From Raillietiella orientalis (taxonomy: Eukaryota): 64,000 nt of DNA. Under the pieces are notes generated by a model that was not told where the DNA came from, did no database searches, and saw only the letters and a list, made by a program, of their open reading frames with translations. The position numbers and the translations under genes are program-made. The stretch covers positions 992,001 through 1,056,000 of the forward strand of contig JAYWIR010000041.1 of NCBI GenBank assembly GCA_036172245.1, given 5' to 3'. Positions 1-13,300 of the stretch are shown in pieces. How positions within the stretch are numbered: position 1 is the stretch's first letter; every line of letters begins with the position of its first letter.

Positions 1-1000
1 TGTATATCTCATTTGGAAAAGTGCAAGCAATATGTAGAAAACCATACAAGGGATGGCTATCCACCATCTTCGTATCTTGCTGACTGAATAATGGGGCTGG
101 AGGTCATGGTGAGATCAGATAGACGCCCTCATGAGATCATCCTCTGCTTTCTCCTTCAGCGACGTCATTCATCGGGTCCAAGAGCTTCTGTTCCTGGTTC
201 TCCTCTTCTGTTCTTGCAGGTTATCAGCACTATCCGGCTGACAATCTCAGAAGAAGTTCTGGTAGATATCGCGAATGTACCGTATACATAGAAGCAAACA
301 TAAACTGCCTCACTTCGTCCTTCGCGAGGCACCCAATTCTTGAAACTGGTTTGGACCATTGGTTGGATCCCAAGTTCCAAGATCCTTGCGGATGGCATGT
401 TACCTTGGCGGCTGCTCCTCTCCAGAAAAGCTGCGAGGCAACCTCTCGATGTTTTAGTTTCTTTGTAGGTCTTGGCAGTGCGAGAGACACCCTTCCCATT
501 TTCGGATGGCAAGCAGAGCCGCATCTGGTGCCACCCACCGATTTGTCGTCCTCATGCGGCACTGCATCAGGTCGCAAAGAGGAATCCACGCCAGGGACAC
601 ACTGATGGGCCGACGCGTTTCCATATTGCTGCTCCACAGCGGTACTCCTGGTTCCATCAGCCACCGCACCATGTCTGGCTGTATACAGACGATAGTGCCT
701 CGTGCAGTGATTTGTATTATGGAGCAATGCCTCGTCCCACATACCACACTTTACATTACATAAACATGGAGTTCATTAGATCATCTGTATACACAGCACC
801 AGTGCACCATCCCATGCATATAGTTTGTGTGCTTTGGTCCTATCCCTGCTCCCACGCAAAAGTCACGTGGCATGCACAGAATAGACCTACTAGTAGGCAA
901 GGCCTCACGGTCAGTAGGGACCCACTCTAATCCATTTGCCAGAATGGGATTCCAAGTGAGCATCAGCTCTCGTCGTCTGGCAGGAATTTCAGTAACTGAT
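1..1000 (+). mobile_element. Decayed non-LTR retrotransposon (I-group-like): RT C-terminal part plus RNase H
   Basis: Motifs in the expected order across frameshifts: IHHLRILLTE*WG (cf. L..L....WG), PRSLRMAC..GCSSPEKL (cf. ALR...GA..SSP...L), VWLYTDDS in ORF 472..930 (cf. RNase H IYTDGS), SSVYTA (cf. SVFTAE), GIPSEH (cf. WIPSH). Confidence 0.5.
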
Positions 1001-1249
1001 CACGTGTTTTCTCTGCAATGGCAGTTTGCTTTTGACCGATTTAATGACCCGCGCAGTCTTTAGAAAATTCCAAGAGAAAGTGCCATTTTCGTTTCTTTTT
1101 CCGTTTTTTCGTTCCCATCGGCTTTTCCTTTGGTTATTACTGAATTCCTGCGGGTCAATGTGATCTGAGTGCTCGTCCACGGATGGTGGACATTTGTTTA
1201 TGCTCAGCTTCCCACACAACCTACAAGAAGGGTAGGAAACTGCCTGCGA

Positions 1250-1920
1250 GAGGTTAGAAGTGATCTCCAGCTGGAAGAAACCATCCGTTGGCCCTTTCCT
1301 GCCTTGAAGCCCTGAATTTCAATGCGTGAGGGAAAGAAATCTTGCAAAGTCTGTAAATGTGAAGCGTTTTATCAATAGTTCGACAGCTTCGAGGGTCTCG
1401 GACTCCTGGGTGTTGCCTGCTCCGATGTTCGAACCACGTAAGCAGGATTTCCATGCAAGAAACGGAAATTAGTCCCGCAGCGTTTCGGTCTTCCCAATAA
1501 AATTTGTACACAGATAATCGTCACGAGAATCCATTACGAAATTTTTGCAATTTCAGCCGTTTCCATGGCGCGTTTCTCCAATTCGCCGCAAGGATGATGG
1601 ATTTTGCGGCAATCTCGTTCGGCGGCTTCCTCTCGCGCTGACATAGACAGATGAACACTTTTTCCTCCTTTCGTTGCAAGAATTCCTCGGCGTGAAGTTT
1701 CGTGATGCACCCTTCTTTCCGGACAGCCACGGAATCCTTCCCAGGGTCTGCCTCCGGAACAGAGGGAGGTTTCTGAGCACATCTTCACGCTTGCTTGGGA
1801 TTCTGCATTGTTTGCCGAACATCTGGAGTAACAAATAACCCAGTATTCCTCATCTCCATTTCTCAAAGTCTCCTCCAGAGTGCAAGATGCCAGAGAGAGA
1901 AAAAGATAACCTGCCATACG
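1250..1920 (-). pseudogene. Decayed IRE1/RNase L-like kinase fragment followed by a Death-fold-like segment
   Basis: YLFLSLASCTLEETL (ORF 1534..1917; cf. IRE1 YIALELC..TL.EYV); LLQMF....IPSKREDVLRNLPLF (cf. kinase subdomain XI); then PWKRL...GFS and SCMEILLTW (cf. Death domain WK.LA..LG.S / EML..W). Several frameshifts. Confidence 0.35.
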
Positions 1921-1999
1921 AAAAACTCTCCCTGCTCATCCATCTGATTTACGAGTAGCATTCCTGTGTTATGCTCCAGGAATCACGATGCTGTCACTG

Positions 2000-2130
2000 T
2001 CGTTCTTGTTCTTGTTGTTGTTGTTTTTTGATTCTCATTCTTCGGCTCTCATTCGTATTCTTGTATTCTCATTCTCATCCTTTTATTCCTATTCGTATTT
2101 GCATTCGTGTTTGTGTCTCATCATTTGTCT
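2000..2130. repeat. Low-complexity pyrimidine-rich simple repeat (ttcttg/ttg/ctcatt units)
   Basis: Directly visible degenerate 3- and 6-mer periodicity. Confidence 0.7.
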
Positions 2131-2679
2131 CCCAACTATTTTTACAAACGAACTCCAAAACCCCTCCTCCGCATTCTCAGTTTCCGCAAGGCACCTCCAC
2201 CAGAATGGGAAAGCTCTCCGCGCTGCTCAGCGTAGCTTTGAAAAGAGTAGATGAAATGGCGTGACTGCGGCGTTCACATCGCTGACCAAATAACAACGGA
2301 TGATTCCGAATTCTGGTTTCCCAGAGGGAAAAATGCATCTTCCTCCAGCATCGTGATCGCTGAGAAAACAGCAGCGTCAGTCGCGCCTGCACCTGCTGAC
2401 AAACAAATCTCCGAGAAGAGTGCCTCGCGTTCAGAGACAACGCTTGCAGCTTTTCCTAATCTGACTCCCTTGCGAGACAGCCTTCCAAGACCACCATCCT
2501 CTCTTGATCACTGGGATTATACGTCTGGGATTATTTTTTTTTGAGCATCTTGCTTGATGTATTTTTTTTTATTAATTCAATAACCCAGTTCTTAACCCTT
2601 TCCTTCCAAACTCTGTCGCTGGGCATGACACTGCATCACTTTAATGTCACTCTTGGCGCTTGAATCACTTTATTAGGGT

Positions 2680-3720
2680 GCAACTTCTAAAGAAGGAGGT
2701 CCGCTGGTTTTTCTGAAGATCGTGATGCACTCGGGAAACATTTTCGTGACCATCACGGAACCGCTTGTGCTCCCGTGATCTTTTCTCCGAGGAAGCACGA
2801 TTGGAGCTCATTTGTGTTCTGGTACTTTCGTTTGCCTGCGCCTGGCTGCGAATTTCTCTCTCTCCACTGGCACGTGGTTTATCCACTTTCTGAAAATCAG
2901 TTGTGCTTGATGTTCCCATAACGACTGCATTCCGGGGGTCGGTAGCTGATGCTCCGCTTCGGGCTTGGAATCTGCCTGGTAGCCTGAATCGTTAAGGTTC
3001 AGAAACAGAGTCGCTGCGAGTTCTATGAGAGATAAAAAGACGACATCGCGTTGAACGGCCTTCGAAAGATTCGAAAGCATGTGAAGAAACACAAGAGAGG
3101 AAGGAAATTTTCAACAGCTTCCACCAACATGCCCGACTTCCTTGTCGTTGACTAAGGACTAGTCTGCGACGGGTGCTCGAGAGTAGCAGGTGTTTCTTCT
3201 GGTCGGGGTGGAGATCAGTGATGAGGATGATGGGATTCGTTTTGCCTACTTTTCAAGTGTTTCCAGCTTCTTTTTTTTCTTCTGCGATTTTCTGCTTTTT
3301 TGGTTCGTCAAGTTCTCGAGATCCGCTGCTTCTCCCCACATGGACATCGGAATGGACCGACAACCCTGCCTCACGGAGGACCATCCACCATCACACACAC
3401 CTAAGGTATGTGTGAATCGGGAAGAGGAGATACACAGGGTTCCTGTCCACGAGAGCGAGCGCATCCTGGCTATGAACACCCGCAGCCTCCATCCGTCTCC
3501 GCGTCATCTTGCAGGCGAAATCAAAACCAAAGACGCATCCGAATCGGCGTCCATCATCACCGGTATTCGATCCTGCGAAGCACAGTGCTGCTAGCAAACC
3601 CCGAGGCCACTCGGTCGCCAATGTAAGGCACTTTTGCCAATGATCGAAGTCTGATAGCTTAGGTCTGGTTGCTGCGAAGGTATAAAGGTAGAAGAAAGGT
3701 CGGCAGACTTTTTCTGGAGA
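2680..3720 (-). mobile_element. L1/Tx1-like LINE remnant: ORF1 zinc-knuckle region and start of the APE endonuclease
   Basis: RFGCVF and TLGVCDGGWSSVRQGC (decayed CCHC knuckle), then QRDVVFL (cf. DVVFLQE) and VPVEREKF (cf. YAP....R..F) in ORF 2808..3092. Confidence 0.4.
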
Positions 3721-3759
3721 CTAGACTTAGCCGATCCATGTTCGGTCGTTTGGAGGGAC

Positions 3760-4400
3760 GATTGGTCTCGAGCTACTCACAAGGTGTGTTTCAAAAAGAC
3801 CACTGGCTCAGAGGGAATGTCAGCATTCGTCAGTGAAGGAGGAAACAGCGGGACACGAATGATTCCACATGCTTCCGAAGACCACGGTTGACCACGAAGA
3901 AAGCCCTTCAGGGTGGTGTCGAAAAGCAAGGAACTTCGCGGGAAAGAACTTCCTGAAGAGATCCTTTTCTTCCTTCCCACGCCACCAGCCCCAGCGAGGT
4001 GGCTGGGGAGGGGACCTATTCGAACCATTCAGGAGTGAGGACAGCTCGCTCGCGGAGGAGGCAGTCCTGGAGCGGGACTGCACGAATGCAGCACCAGACT
4101 TGACGGTCGCACCACTCGCGAAGCCCGTAGAGAGTGAGCGTAGAGCCAAGAGCATCGACCGAGTCTTTGCCGCGGAACAAGGGAACCGAGTAGGTTGTCA
4201 CGAGACCCAAAACACTTTCGTGGCCATCCCGAAACTTCCTGTGACCACGCGCATTACTTTCTTCAAAGAAAACGCGACCGGCTCCCATTTGCGTTCCACA
4301 TTTTTCGTATGCTCGCGCCTGGTTGCGCAAGCACGACCTACCTACCCGTGAACCTCTCATTGTGCGTCTCATTCGAGCGTTGCGAAACCCAGGTTTCCTG
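3760..4400 (+). mobile_element. L1/Tx1-like APE endonuclease remnant
   Basis: ORF 3869..4351 carries GGWGGDLF (cf. GGDFN) and AKSIDRVF (cf. SRIDR.F); a shifted frame gives SCDH (cf. SDH); GSEGMSAFV upstream (cf. SRGVA.L). Confidence 0.65.
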
Positions 4401-4479
4401 CGCGAGGCCCCTGGAACGTCGATCTTCAGAGAGCGCAGCTCTGGCCCTCCCAAGCGGTTGCAGAGATGGCGATCTGCCT

Positions 4480-6050
4480 TCTCGCTCGGCTGTGCTGGGG
4501 CATTTCTTGCATTCAGTCAACATACAGAGGCAGTGGTAGAACTGCCACTCTACCACATCTGCTGATCGAAGACCGATACGCAGGCCGGCGAGGAACTCCG
4601 GTCTGTGTGCCGGGGAGGGAAGCTCACAAAAAGAAAATTAAAATAGAAAAAATTAAAAGAAAATAAATAGAAAAACGTTCTGGGCGGTTCGGGAAGGGAA
4701 CACGCTGCCTGCTTAGAGGCGTCCTCCGCATCCATCCGAGGATGCCGGCAAGTATGGGCTGCGTGCTTCCCAGATGGGACCATATCGATGCCACCTTCAA
4801 GTGGATAGGGCGTCCCTGTCGTTCTTGCCTCTCTCGGCGGCGCTCCAGGCAGCCACAATCCCGAGTATGCAGAGGAGAGCTGTTGGGCATGCAGCTGGCT
4901 GCAGGGCATCGCGTACGAAGAGAGGTTTCAAAACACCTCTGGGGCCACCTTCGGGGGTCTGCAGGATCCCGGAAAAGCGTTTCTACAGGGTCCAGAGGAC
5001 AACACGACCCACAAGCAGGTGTGGGAAGTATTCCCGCTGCCCACGCCTGCTGCATATTAAGTCCATCCCTCCCCTCCTGGGTCCAGTGACGTCGGCTGGC
5101 ATTCCATGGGAGGCCCTAGTGCAATGGCAGAAGCACCGACTTCCCTTCACTTGAGAGGGAGGGTGCTGGGAGCTACTTGAGGTCTTCACCCCTCCCAAGC
5201 GCAAGAGTCGTTTCGATGGGGCACTTGGGGTTGCAGCATCAGTCAGATGACCCGTGTCCAACACCCTTCTCTTCTGGATCCCAGTTCGAAAACGACCTCT
5301 CATCTTTTCCGGTAGGCTGACGTCAATCTGCTGCCTCAGGGAAGGCAGCGCTGCAGCAAGGGAGGTTCTCTCTGCCCACGCTCCTCTTCCGGGATGAACG
5401 TTGATTTTCTGGAGCGAACCGAAATCCGATCTCCCACCGCAGATTCTGGATGACGTCACCCCAGTCGCACTGCAACTGGCCAACTCGTCTCTAGACGAGA
5501 AACCCGCTCGGTAGACTCCGCCACGCGGTGCACCACTTGTTTACCTGGCACCACACCACGAGCAAGGACTGGCAAACAACCAGGAGAGGCTTCGATCTAG
5601 AGGATGGGACCAGAGGAATCAGCGGGCGGTTCCGAAGGGAAAGAAACTTTCCAACCCAGTGGCGAGAGCGGCATAACTTCCCATTTCACCAGGAGCAAAG
5701 CTGCATGCAGGAAGAACCTTTGGTAGGAATCAACACCGTGACCGGGGCGCGAGGTAGCTGCTCACAGCTGTGGGAAGATTCCTGCCTGCACCAATCACTG
5801 CGTTGGGAGTAAATTTCAAGTAGTCCTACCAGTGGAAAGGAGGCGTGCTGGATGCAGATGAGTTTGGAAAGAACTGGGCAATCAGCCGAAAGCAGCCACC
5901 GCTGGGTCCGCTATTGTGTGAGTGCCCTTGTGTTTTCACTTCGGTTGCTGTTTGCTGAGAAATGGTAACAAACTGCTCCATTTCCAGTCAGATTGGCGAA
6001 GAGACTTGGTGGGGGATTCCTAGCCGCGGCGTCCAGCAGACACTGTAACA
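4480..6050 (-). mobile_element. L1/Tx1-like LINE, family X copy A (end of RT, C-terminal Cys knuckle, 3' UTR)
   Basis: WVGKFLSLRNRPLI (cf. W..R.LSL.GR); CSRRGQREYFPHLLV (CxxC..H knuckle); LKPLFVRDAL..CILGIVAAWS aligns with the copies at 31.1-33.2, 49.6-51.6 and 60.3-61.5 kb; 3' UTR motif gccggcctgcgt. Confidence 0.75.
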
Positions 6051-7449
6051 CCTTACAATGTACCAAAAAAAAACAATAATAATAATTACTGCCCCTCGAT
6101 AATAAGTCCTCTTGGATTCCTCCCAGAGATGCCAGACTATAAGCAAAAACGCTTATACATCGCTCTGTTTATAGCCGTCATTTTTGAAAATTATTCTCGT
6201 ACCGTGAGGAAGGTACCGCATAGACACATTACATGTATCCGTAGGCGACTACTTTCTCTGTTGAGGGGTACTGGGTGAGTTTTTTGAGGCATCTTTCCTC
6301 TGGATGTGAAGTGAAGCTACAGAGCAAGCTTTCCCTTTCCAGTGATTGTTTGAGGGATTCCAACTGCTCTTCGAGAAATGCATGCTCCCATTTGACTCCC
6401 TGTTGAGCTCGGCAGAGTTGTCTACGGAGAAGTTTCAGGAGTGTCTGCCACTCCCGTTTCCTTCCGACTGTAGAGGTGGGTCTTCAACTGCATCGAGCAG
6501 CGAAGATGCTCCCTGCGCAACACGTGATCTGGTTAGGCGTTTGCTTCCCGAAACTCCCAGGTTTTCTTTCGCCAGCTTGGAGTGATCTGGGAAAGGTGCA
6601 GTGGCAGAGCCGAGAAGACAGGAGAATGGGACAACCCAGCTTTCCTTAGCCGTGGAAGAACATGGGTACGAGGACTCTAACGAAGTCTTTTCTTGCATGT
6701 TGACTGCGAATCAGGGGGCTAGTATTTCGGGGCGATGGGTTCACACCGCTAGGATCCTCATAGAAAACAGCGTTCACCTATAGTCTCCTTCTCATTTGAC
6801 AGGGTTGACCATCTTCTGGACGAAAAAGGTACATTCCCACTTACCTTCTTCACCTCCCGAGATAAAATTCGTACCCTCTGGCCAGAATCCTGTTTTTTTT
6901 TTTTTCTTTTCCTGCAAGAGTCTTTAAAATTACCTGCTGTTTTCCATAGCAGCTAAGGAGAAGGAGGCTGTGACGTAGCGAAAATTTTCAGTGTTTGTCA
7001 GGGCGCAATACATCTTGACTCGTCGTATTTCGCAACATACTGGTCTTCAAAATTGCAAGAGACGTTCTAGAAGAAAGCTAGAGGCCGATGAGTGCTGATG
7101 CACATCGCACTTGATTCCTTAGATGATTCACTCAGGCCTCCGAGAAGGAGATGGAGAAAGAGCATCTAGAGAAACTCGCAGCGATACTCTCCTAGCAACA
7201 GCTCACCAAAGCATGCAGCACTTCCGCCTCAGCAACAGAAGCGTGTCCAGAGCGTTGCTCTAAGACTCTCGCAGCTGTGCAGAGATTAGTTGAGGCCATC
7301 GGTGAAGAATCCCCGATTCTAGATCGCAGAAGCTCTTCAGATGATCAACTCACCCATTACATTAGGAAATACATTAAGGAGCCCTTCTCACGAAGACGGA
7401 AGCTGAAAAATCGTCAAGTCTCTCTCATTTCCGGTGACACTCGCAATTT

Positions 7450-8370
7450 TCCTGGAAACTGCAATTCGTTATCTAGCAGGTTCACGTCCAAACCTTTTGT
7501 GAGGAAATTTGCCTCTTGGGAAGAAAACCTGAACTCTGATAAGGTCAGCCTGGAACGTTTCCCTGTGGCGGAAGGGCAAATGCGAGCGCTCAGTTAGATA
7601 TGGAAGGATAACGGAAGTTGGCTGAGGTGAGACTTGACCTTGACCCTTGGAAAGCAAGCCTCGCGAGATATACTAGAATATCGTGGCATGCAGATCTGTT
7701 TCCCTCCGGTCCCTTTCGCAGATAGTCGCATCTACTTGCGAGCCAAAATAGATGAGATGCCTGCCGTGAGCGCGGATGCAACTATTCTCATGTCCAAGCA
7801 CTTCCTTGTCAACTGCAAGTGCACTGCAGACATACGCCGAGTGATGATGCTCCATACATCCATGCACTCGGCGTGTGTCTTCGCACCGCTGTTGCGGTTG
7901 CACTCAACAAAAGTTCCTTATGTTTCCTCGGAAGAATGGCCTGTTCCTGAGTTCGCACCTTTGTCCAGCCTGCTTGCTTGTCTTGACATCTGTCTTGCAC
8001 TGGAGAAATAAATTGTTGCATCTCTCATTAGAAGAGAATAGAAGAGAGGGAAAAAGAAAAAAAAAAAAAAGCGAAACTTCATTAGTCTCCTGGTTGGTGC
8101 GATGCTTTTGGATGTCAACTCCTGTGAGTATTATACACATCGGATTTCCTGTACGTTTCTGAGCCCCGGTTTCCTGATCCTTTGAGATCGCTTTTGGGCA
8201 GATTTTAGCAAACGGAGTTTGGGCGTAGAAAGGGATTGGGAAAAGAACCAGTGCAAGATTGCAGGGATGCCTTGCGATCTGCGTCGGGCGTCCAGGTGCT
8301 CCGCTTGCATCTCGTCCTCTTTCAAATAGGGGTGGTGCCATCTTCACTGCGGAGGAATCTTTCAGCACAG
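7450..8370 (-). pseudogene. NACHT-domain (NLR-type STAND NTPase) pseudogene; the best-preserved copy in the window
   Basis: Full motif order: GRDASGAPGRP (decayed Walker A), LVLFPIPF, CIILTGVD (Walker B, cf. LIILDG.DE), QCKTDVKTSK (sensor, cf. VTSRP), ELRNRPFFRGNIRNF (cf. EI.GF...I..Y), LVYLARLAFQG (cf. L..LAF.G), KFPHKRF (winged helix, cf. F.H..FQE). Confidence 0.65.
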
Positions 8371-8549
8371 TTGCGGAGCGCCTCTTCTCCGTGAATGCAA
8401 AGTCGAAAGCTTGAAAGGGACGACAGGCAATGCTATCGGGTCGCTAGGTGGCAGGAAGCGGAACCTGGACAACTTAAATGACTCGACTTTGATCAAGGCT
8501 TCAATCTTTTCAGGAGAATGGAAGACTACATCCTCAGCAACACTTTCTT

Positions 8550-9000
8550 GAAGATGATGGTGTAAGATTACCTTCAGCTTACCAGCTCGTCCCTTTTGTT
8601 TCTAAGCATGCGTCTCTTGGAATTTATCCAACGTTTTCTTTGTTTCTCCGTCTCATACGCGCACAGCTACACTGTTGCTGCTGCTCTTCTCATCGGCTCG
8701 ATGCTCCTATCTTAAACAAGACCGGATCGAAAGCGCCATAGCAAGCAGGGCGAATGCATAAAGAAGCTGCGTGGACCGCTGGATGTTGGCAAACATCCTT
8801 GCGGTCACCCCGCCTTGTTACGAAGCTGCAATCCATATCGCGTCCAGATCAGAAATGACATCAAGGACGGAAAGATGGCAGCTACGATTCGGGCGTGATA
8901 AAGAAGGAAAACGGAAGGAAAGAATCTGTGCTGCTAGCATCTTCTTCCGCGCGGCCAAACTGCAGAGATGTACACTTTGAATGGAGGCAATGAAGTTGCG
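8550..9000 (+). pseudogene. IRE1-like kinase C-lobe remnant
   Basis: GKHPCG at 8788-8805 (cf. IRE1 G.HPFG); LLASSSARPNCRDVHFEW at ~8930-8985 (cf. subdomain XI RP....V..HP.FW). Confidence 0.35.
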
Positions 9001-9649
9001 CACCAAACTGCAGAAGCTTTGCGAGGGAACTTTCCAGACGTGTGAACAGACTGGGGAAACCAAAATATTCGTGGGAGACTAGGGAAGCAGACAGTGGATG
9101 ATGCTCTCTGGCGCATGTTGAGTAGATTTTTGATCCTGTCCTGAAGAAGAAAAAAAAATAGAAAAAAACGGAATTGCTGTGGATTCGATTGCATGCCGCC
9201 ACGTTTATTCCTTCACTTCCCTGCCGCGTATTCTTTTATAAACTTGAACTGTGGCAACCGAGGTGTTTCTGCAAGTGTGTATCACGCATCCCTCGTGTTC
9301 TTTTATGGATAACAATCAATCTGCAGGCAGCTATGCTGCAAGCACGGAGTAGAGGACGGAGTTTTTGTCTCAGAAACGCACCAAACCTTCTCAGGGATTA
9401 TTTTCTTGTGATTGAGAGCTTTGCGAGCTTCTATGTGACTGCACGCTCTGTGCTGAAGATGATCGGATGATAGCTCGTTTGTTCCATCTCCAGTACCATT
9501 GCTTTCCTGATGATCTCGGGAACTTGGATCTCGTTCGCTCGGAGGCTGCTTGAACCAGGAGGTTTTATCCTCGCAGCTTGCGATTTTCGGAAAAAAAATC
9601 CACAACCTTCTTCTGCTGTTTCTTAGGAGACTTCATCTTGGTGAAGGCA

Positions 9650-10100
9650 GATAAGAAGAAGACCGGAGGAAGGAAATTTACGAGGCGTATGCTCTTCCTA
9701 AAAACGTCCGCAGCTTTAGGCAAGAGATCCGGCAGGGAAGCACAGAAATCTCGAAAGATCTTGCCATGTATTGAGAAGAAGTTTGCATGCCATTATGCAG
9801 TTTGGTGTTGGATTTCTAAGGACATCCGAACCGTTTCGTGAAGACAAGGAACCCATCCTTTGTAGTTCAACCCTCCTCTTTGATCTCAATCTCTGGATGA
9901 TCTCAACGAAAGACCCCAATTCCCTCTTCGCTGCAAACTCAGTGTGTTGGCCGCACCTTCCAAATATGAAGAACATTCTATCGTCCTTGACTGGTTCTTG
10001 AAGTCCTTCAGTTCCTGCTTCGGAACAAGAACACCCATGAGTTTCGGAAGGCTCCTAAATATCGCAATATACTGCTAATATTCAATAAAAGCACGGGTCG
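9650..10100 (+). pseudogene. NACHT N-terminal remnant (Walker A/B)
   Basis: MLFLKTSAALGK at ~9690-9725 (Walker A-like); SIVLDW / KNILSSLTG at ~9965-9995 (Walker B-like), at about the expected spacing. Confidence 0.35.
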
Positions 10101-10279
10101 CGTGTTTCAGATGCCTAACTGATTGCTTCTCTGATTTCACTTTTTTTTTTTGTTTGTTTGTCAAAATGTAAAGGCATCGATAAGAAAAAACTGCCATCGA
10201 TAAAAAACGGGGTCTTTTTTCCCCCCCCTCTCTCTCTTTTACCGACGGCAAATTTTTTTTTGGCACACTGCATTCCTCC

Positions 10280-10840
10280 TGCGAACTCGCTGATATCTCT
10301 CCTCTTACGAATCCATCCAGACAGCGCGTCTTCTGATCTCATCAGATGGAATTTTCAGACTGGTTTCGTCACAACCGCCGCTGACTCTCACTGGTTCCAC
10401 GTACCACACTCATCCGTTCATAAATGTTGTGAGACCCCGGATTTTTTTTTCTTCCGGTTTCCTGAGGATGTTCTTCAAGACTCCCGGAAACACCTCGTTC
10501 GGCGATTCGAAAGGACGCGCGAAACCCCTGCGTTGATGCTCACCTCCTTCGAGAGGGACACCTCCTTGGCAGACAGTCTAAAATTTCGCTCGCGTGGCAT
10601 TTCTGCGCGCTCCCGAAGACATCCGCCATTCTCAAAAGGGGACAAAGTCTTTCTTTGAGCCTTCCATGCACGTAGACCAAAGACTTGAGCAGTGCGCCGC
10701 GCAGCCTGAGGGAAATGACTTTGGAGAACCCTTCCTTGATCAGCGGCATCTCAGCTCGGAGGTTGAGAAGGTAGGAAGAAACTGGTGGAAAGGACACGTG
10801 AGGCGGGATCATAAACCGAAGTACCTTTGAGGAACCACTC
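10280..10840 (-). mobile_element. L1/Tx1-like ORF2 post-RT fragment
   Basis: RYFGL (cf. KYLG); ISLRLRGALLKSLVY (cf. LSL.GR..L.KS); TVCQGGV (cf. GGLG). Confidence 0.5.
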
Positions 10841-12149
10841 TCAAATTTTCCATTTTATGGTGACTCCTTTTTAGGTTTTGCGATTCCTTGCGTTTGAAGA
10901 ATTCTGATGAGTAGCAGCTTTTTACTTCCGCGTCTTCCAGATGCCTCTCTTTTCTTTTTTACGGCATCGGTCAGGAAACCCCCCGACTTTCAATTTCAAA
11001 CCCGAAGGGAGTTTTCTTGGTTAGGAGTTCCGGTCATCGGTACTGCATTCCTAGCACGAACGAACTTGGGCAGTTCAAGGAAAGCAGCGTCCATAGTGAA
11101 CACCTGCGTAGGTGGGATCCCATTCCTACACATGAATTTCACCGTGCTAATAAAGCACGTACGTTAATTTCTAGCTTCATGCATTACTTTAAAGTATTCA
11201 AACATGAAAAATACATCTAATTTTGCAGACGGTTATCGCTCACTACTGCTTCGGATCGTGAACGTATTGAGAGTCCCATTTATCCATGAAATACGTGATT
11301 GAATGAGAACAAATTTTTCCTTCGAGATAAGCACAGTTTGAGTACATGGTGAGAAGATACGGACATCCTGGGGGGAAAATCACGCTCAATCCTAGATTGT
11401 CAGAGAGATAACACCTGCATACCAAGTTTCCAGCTTCAAATTAAGTAGGGGCGAATGGTAAAACAGAATGTAAATATGGCCAGCGAGCCCGAAGAACTAA
11501 TCTGAGGGACGAAACGCTTGCAAAGGGAGTAAAAACGAAAGGAAGTAGGAGTCAGACGTTGCCTTCTCGTGAGTCACCGCGCAGGAAAATATCTAAATCA
11601 CGATAAATCCTGAAAGGTGGTCATTAAAGACACCATTAAGTGTCTGTATTGTTCGTCTTTGAAGGATATGCTCGTGTACAGTTTGGCTTCATTTCGCCTT
11701 GAACTCGAGCGTGAATTCCAATGCTTCGTGCTTGCATTAACTCGTTAAGGGTTATCTGAGCATCTGCTTTTAAGGATTTTTACGGGCTTCACTGCTTCGG
11801 GAGAGGAACTAGGGACTGCAAACAGGTTTTCGTGAATCCGGATCTGAAGAGTGTGATTCTTAGCTCGATCGCTGGGACATCTGTTCCAAAGACGGAGCTC
11901 ACAATGTGTGGGCCGTCACCGTAGGTCATGAGACCAACACCTTCCTAACCGTCCTGTTGTAAAAAAGCGTGTTGGTACCGAGCTGAAGCAGGATGGCCTC
12001 GCGTCCTATGGGCCACTTTAGAAACGTCGGGGATCTGTTTGAGGTACACTCAAGGAAGCTGCACTCAAGTCGTGTCACATAAAAGAGCGCAAATCCACCT
12101 GTCCAGAAAAATAGGTAAGTTTGCACACATTGGCATGCGTATAAACTTC

Positions 12150-13300
12150 ACGCTGACACGCATATCTTCAGCTGAAAGAACGAAGTTTCGTGTTTCGCCT
12201 TGATCGAGTACAGCATCCCTGTTGTCTTGTATTCGAGAGCGGACAAGAATTAAGAAGAAATTCAGATGACATATATGAGTCGAAGGCATCTCAAGGTACT
12301 CGAAATTTTCCAACGCATCAAATTAAATATTTTTGTAATTTCGCTTTAGCATTGGCAAGTTTCCAGTTCAACTGGCATTATCCACAATGCATCAGGAGAG
12401 AATCCAAGTGTGTCTTTGTATCTTCAGACACGGCATTAAAAGAAGAACTTTTCTTTGACAATATCATCTCAAAGATTCTGATTATTTGATTGATTGCGCC
12501 TTCTCAAAGAGGGAAATCTAAACAAGGCTGCCTGTTTTTGATCGATCATCCTTCTTGTGGAACAACGTTCTGATGAATCAAGAGATGCTAAAAGAGCGAA
12601 GGCGTTTTAGTGAAGTGAGAGTTTTCGAGAACCCGCCCAACATTTTGTGACACCAAAGACTAAAGGCTAAAAAACCAACAGCAGCAGAAAACAAATCATG
12701 CTGGAATTGCGAATCTTATCTTGATTGATGGTGCAAGAACTCTTGAAAAGAGCCATGTGAATTTTTTTTAAAAACTCCCGGTTATGAATTCTGCCACAGT
12801 GATCAGGAACCAAATGGCAGAAAGTTGAAAGCTATCAATTTTTTTCTATCAATAAGCTACTTTCTAAAAGTGTTGCAAGGGACTGCAGTCACGAGATCGA
12901 TCGTAGATGTAACTCAAACGGATTTGTCCAAAGTAGATCGAGGATTTTATATATAATTGATCGATAATTGAAAGACGGTCAGTGATATTCTCCTTTCTCG
13001 ATTAGTGGGCTTGGAGAAGAAACGGAGTTCTAGGAAATCCACAGAATTCAAAGAGTTTCTTAAGACGTCCTTCTGTTTCATACTCTTCTTCCTTGAGAAC
13101 CTGTATCCAGAATGATGGCCATTTCATCTTAAAGGCTAGTGAAATGATAATTTGTCAGATTTATGTGGAAAGCAAGTATGGGATTTATTGAGGAAGAACG
13201 TTTCGAGAACTCCGTGTTAATGCAACCGATACTTTACAAGACTATCATAATGATTTACATTCGGTGTGAGAACCTTCGCTTTGGATGGGCAATTTTGGGG
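12150..13300 (+). pseudogene. NACHT-domain remnant
   Basis: KILII*/LID at ~12470-12497 (Walker B-like); LWNNVLM; TQTDLS (cf. T.TELY); MGFIEE; ILYKTII (cf. FLHKTIQE). Heavily decayed. Confidence 0.35.

Noticed and set aside
230..747. Minus-strand ORFs resembling a KDZ/piggyBac transposase
   Set aside because: The plus strand gives a more coherent ordered set of RT/RNase H motifs, so these are antisense shadows.
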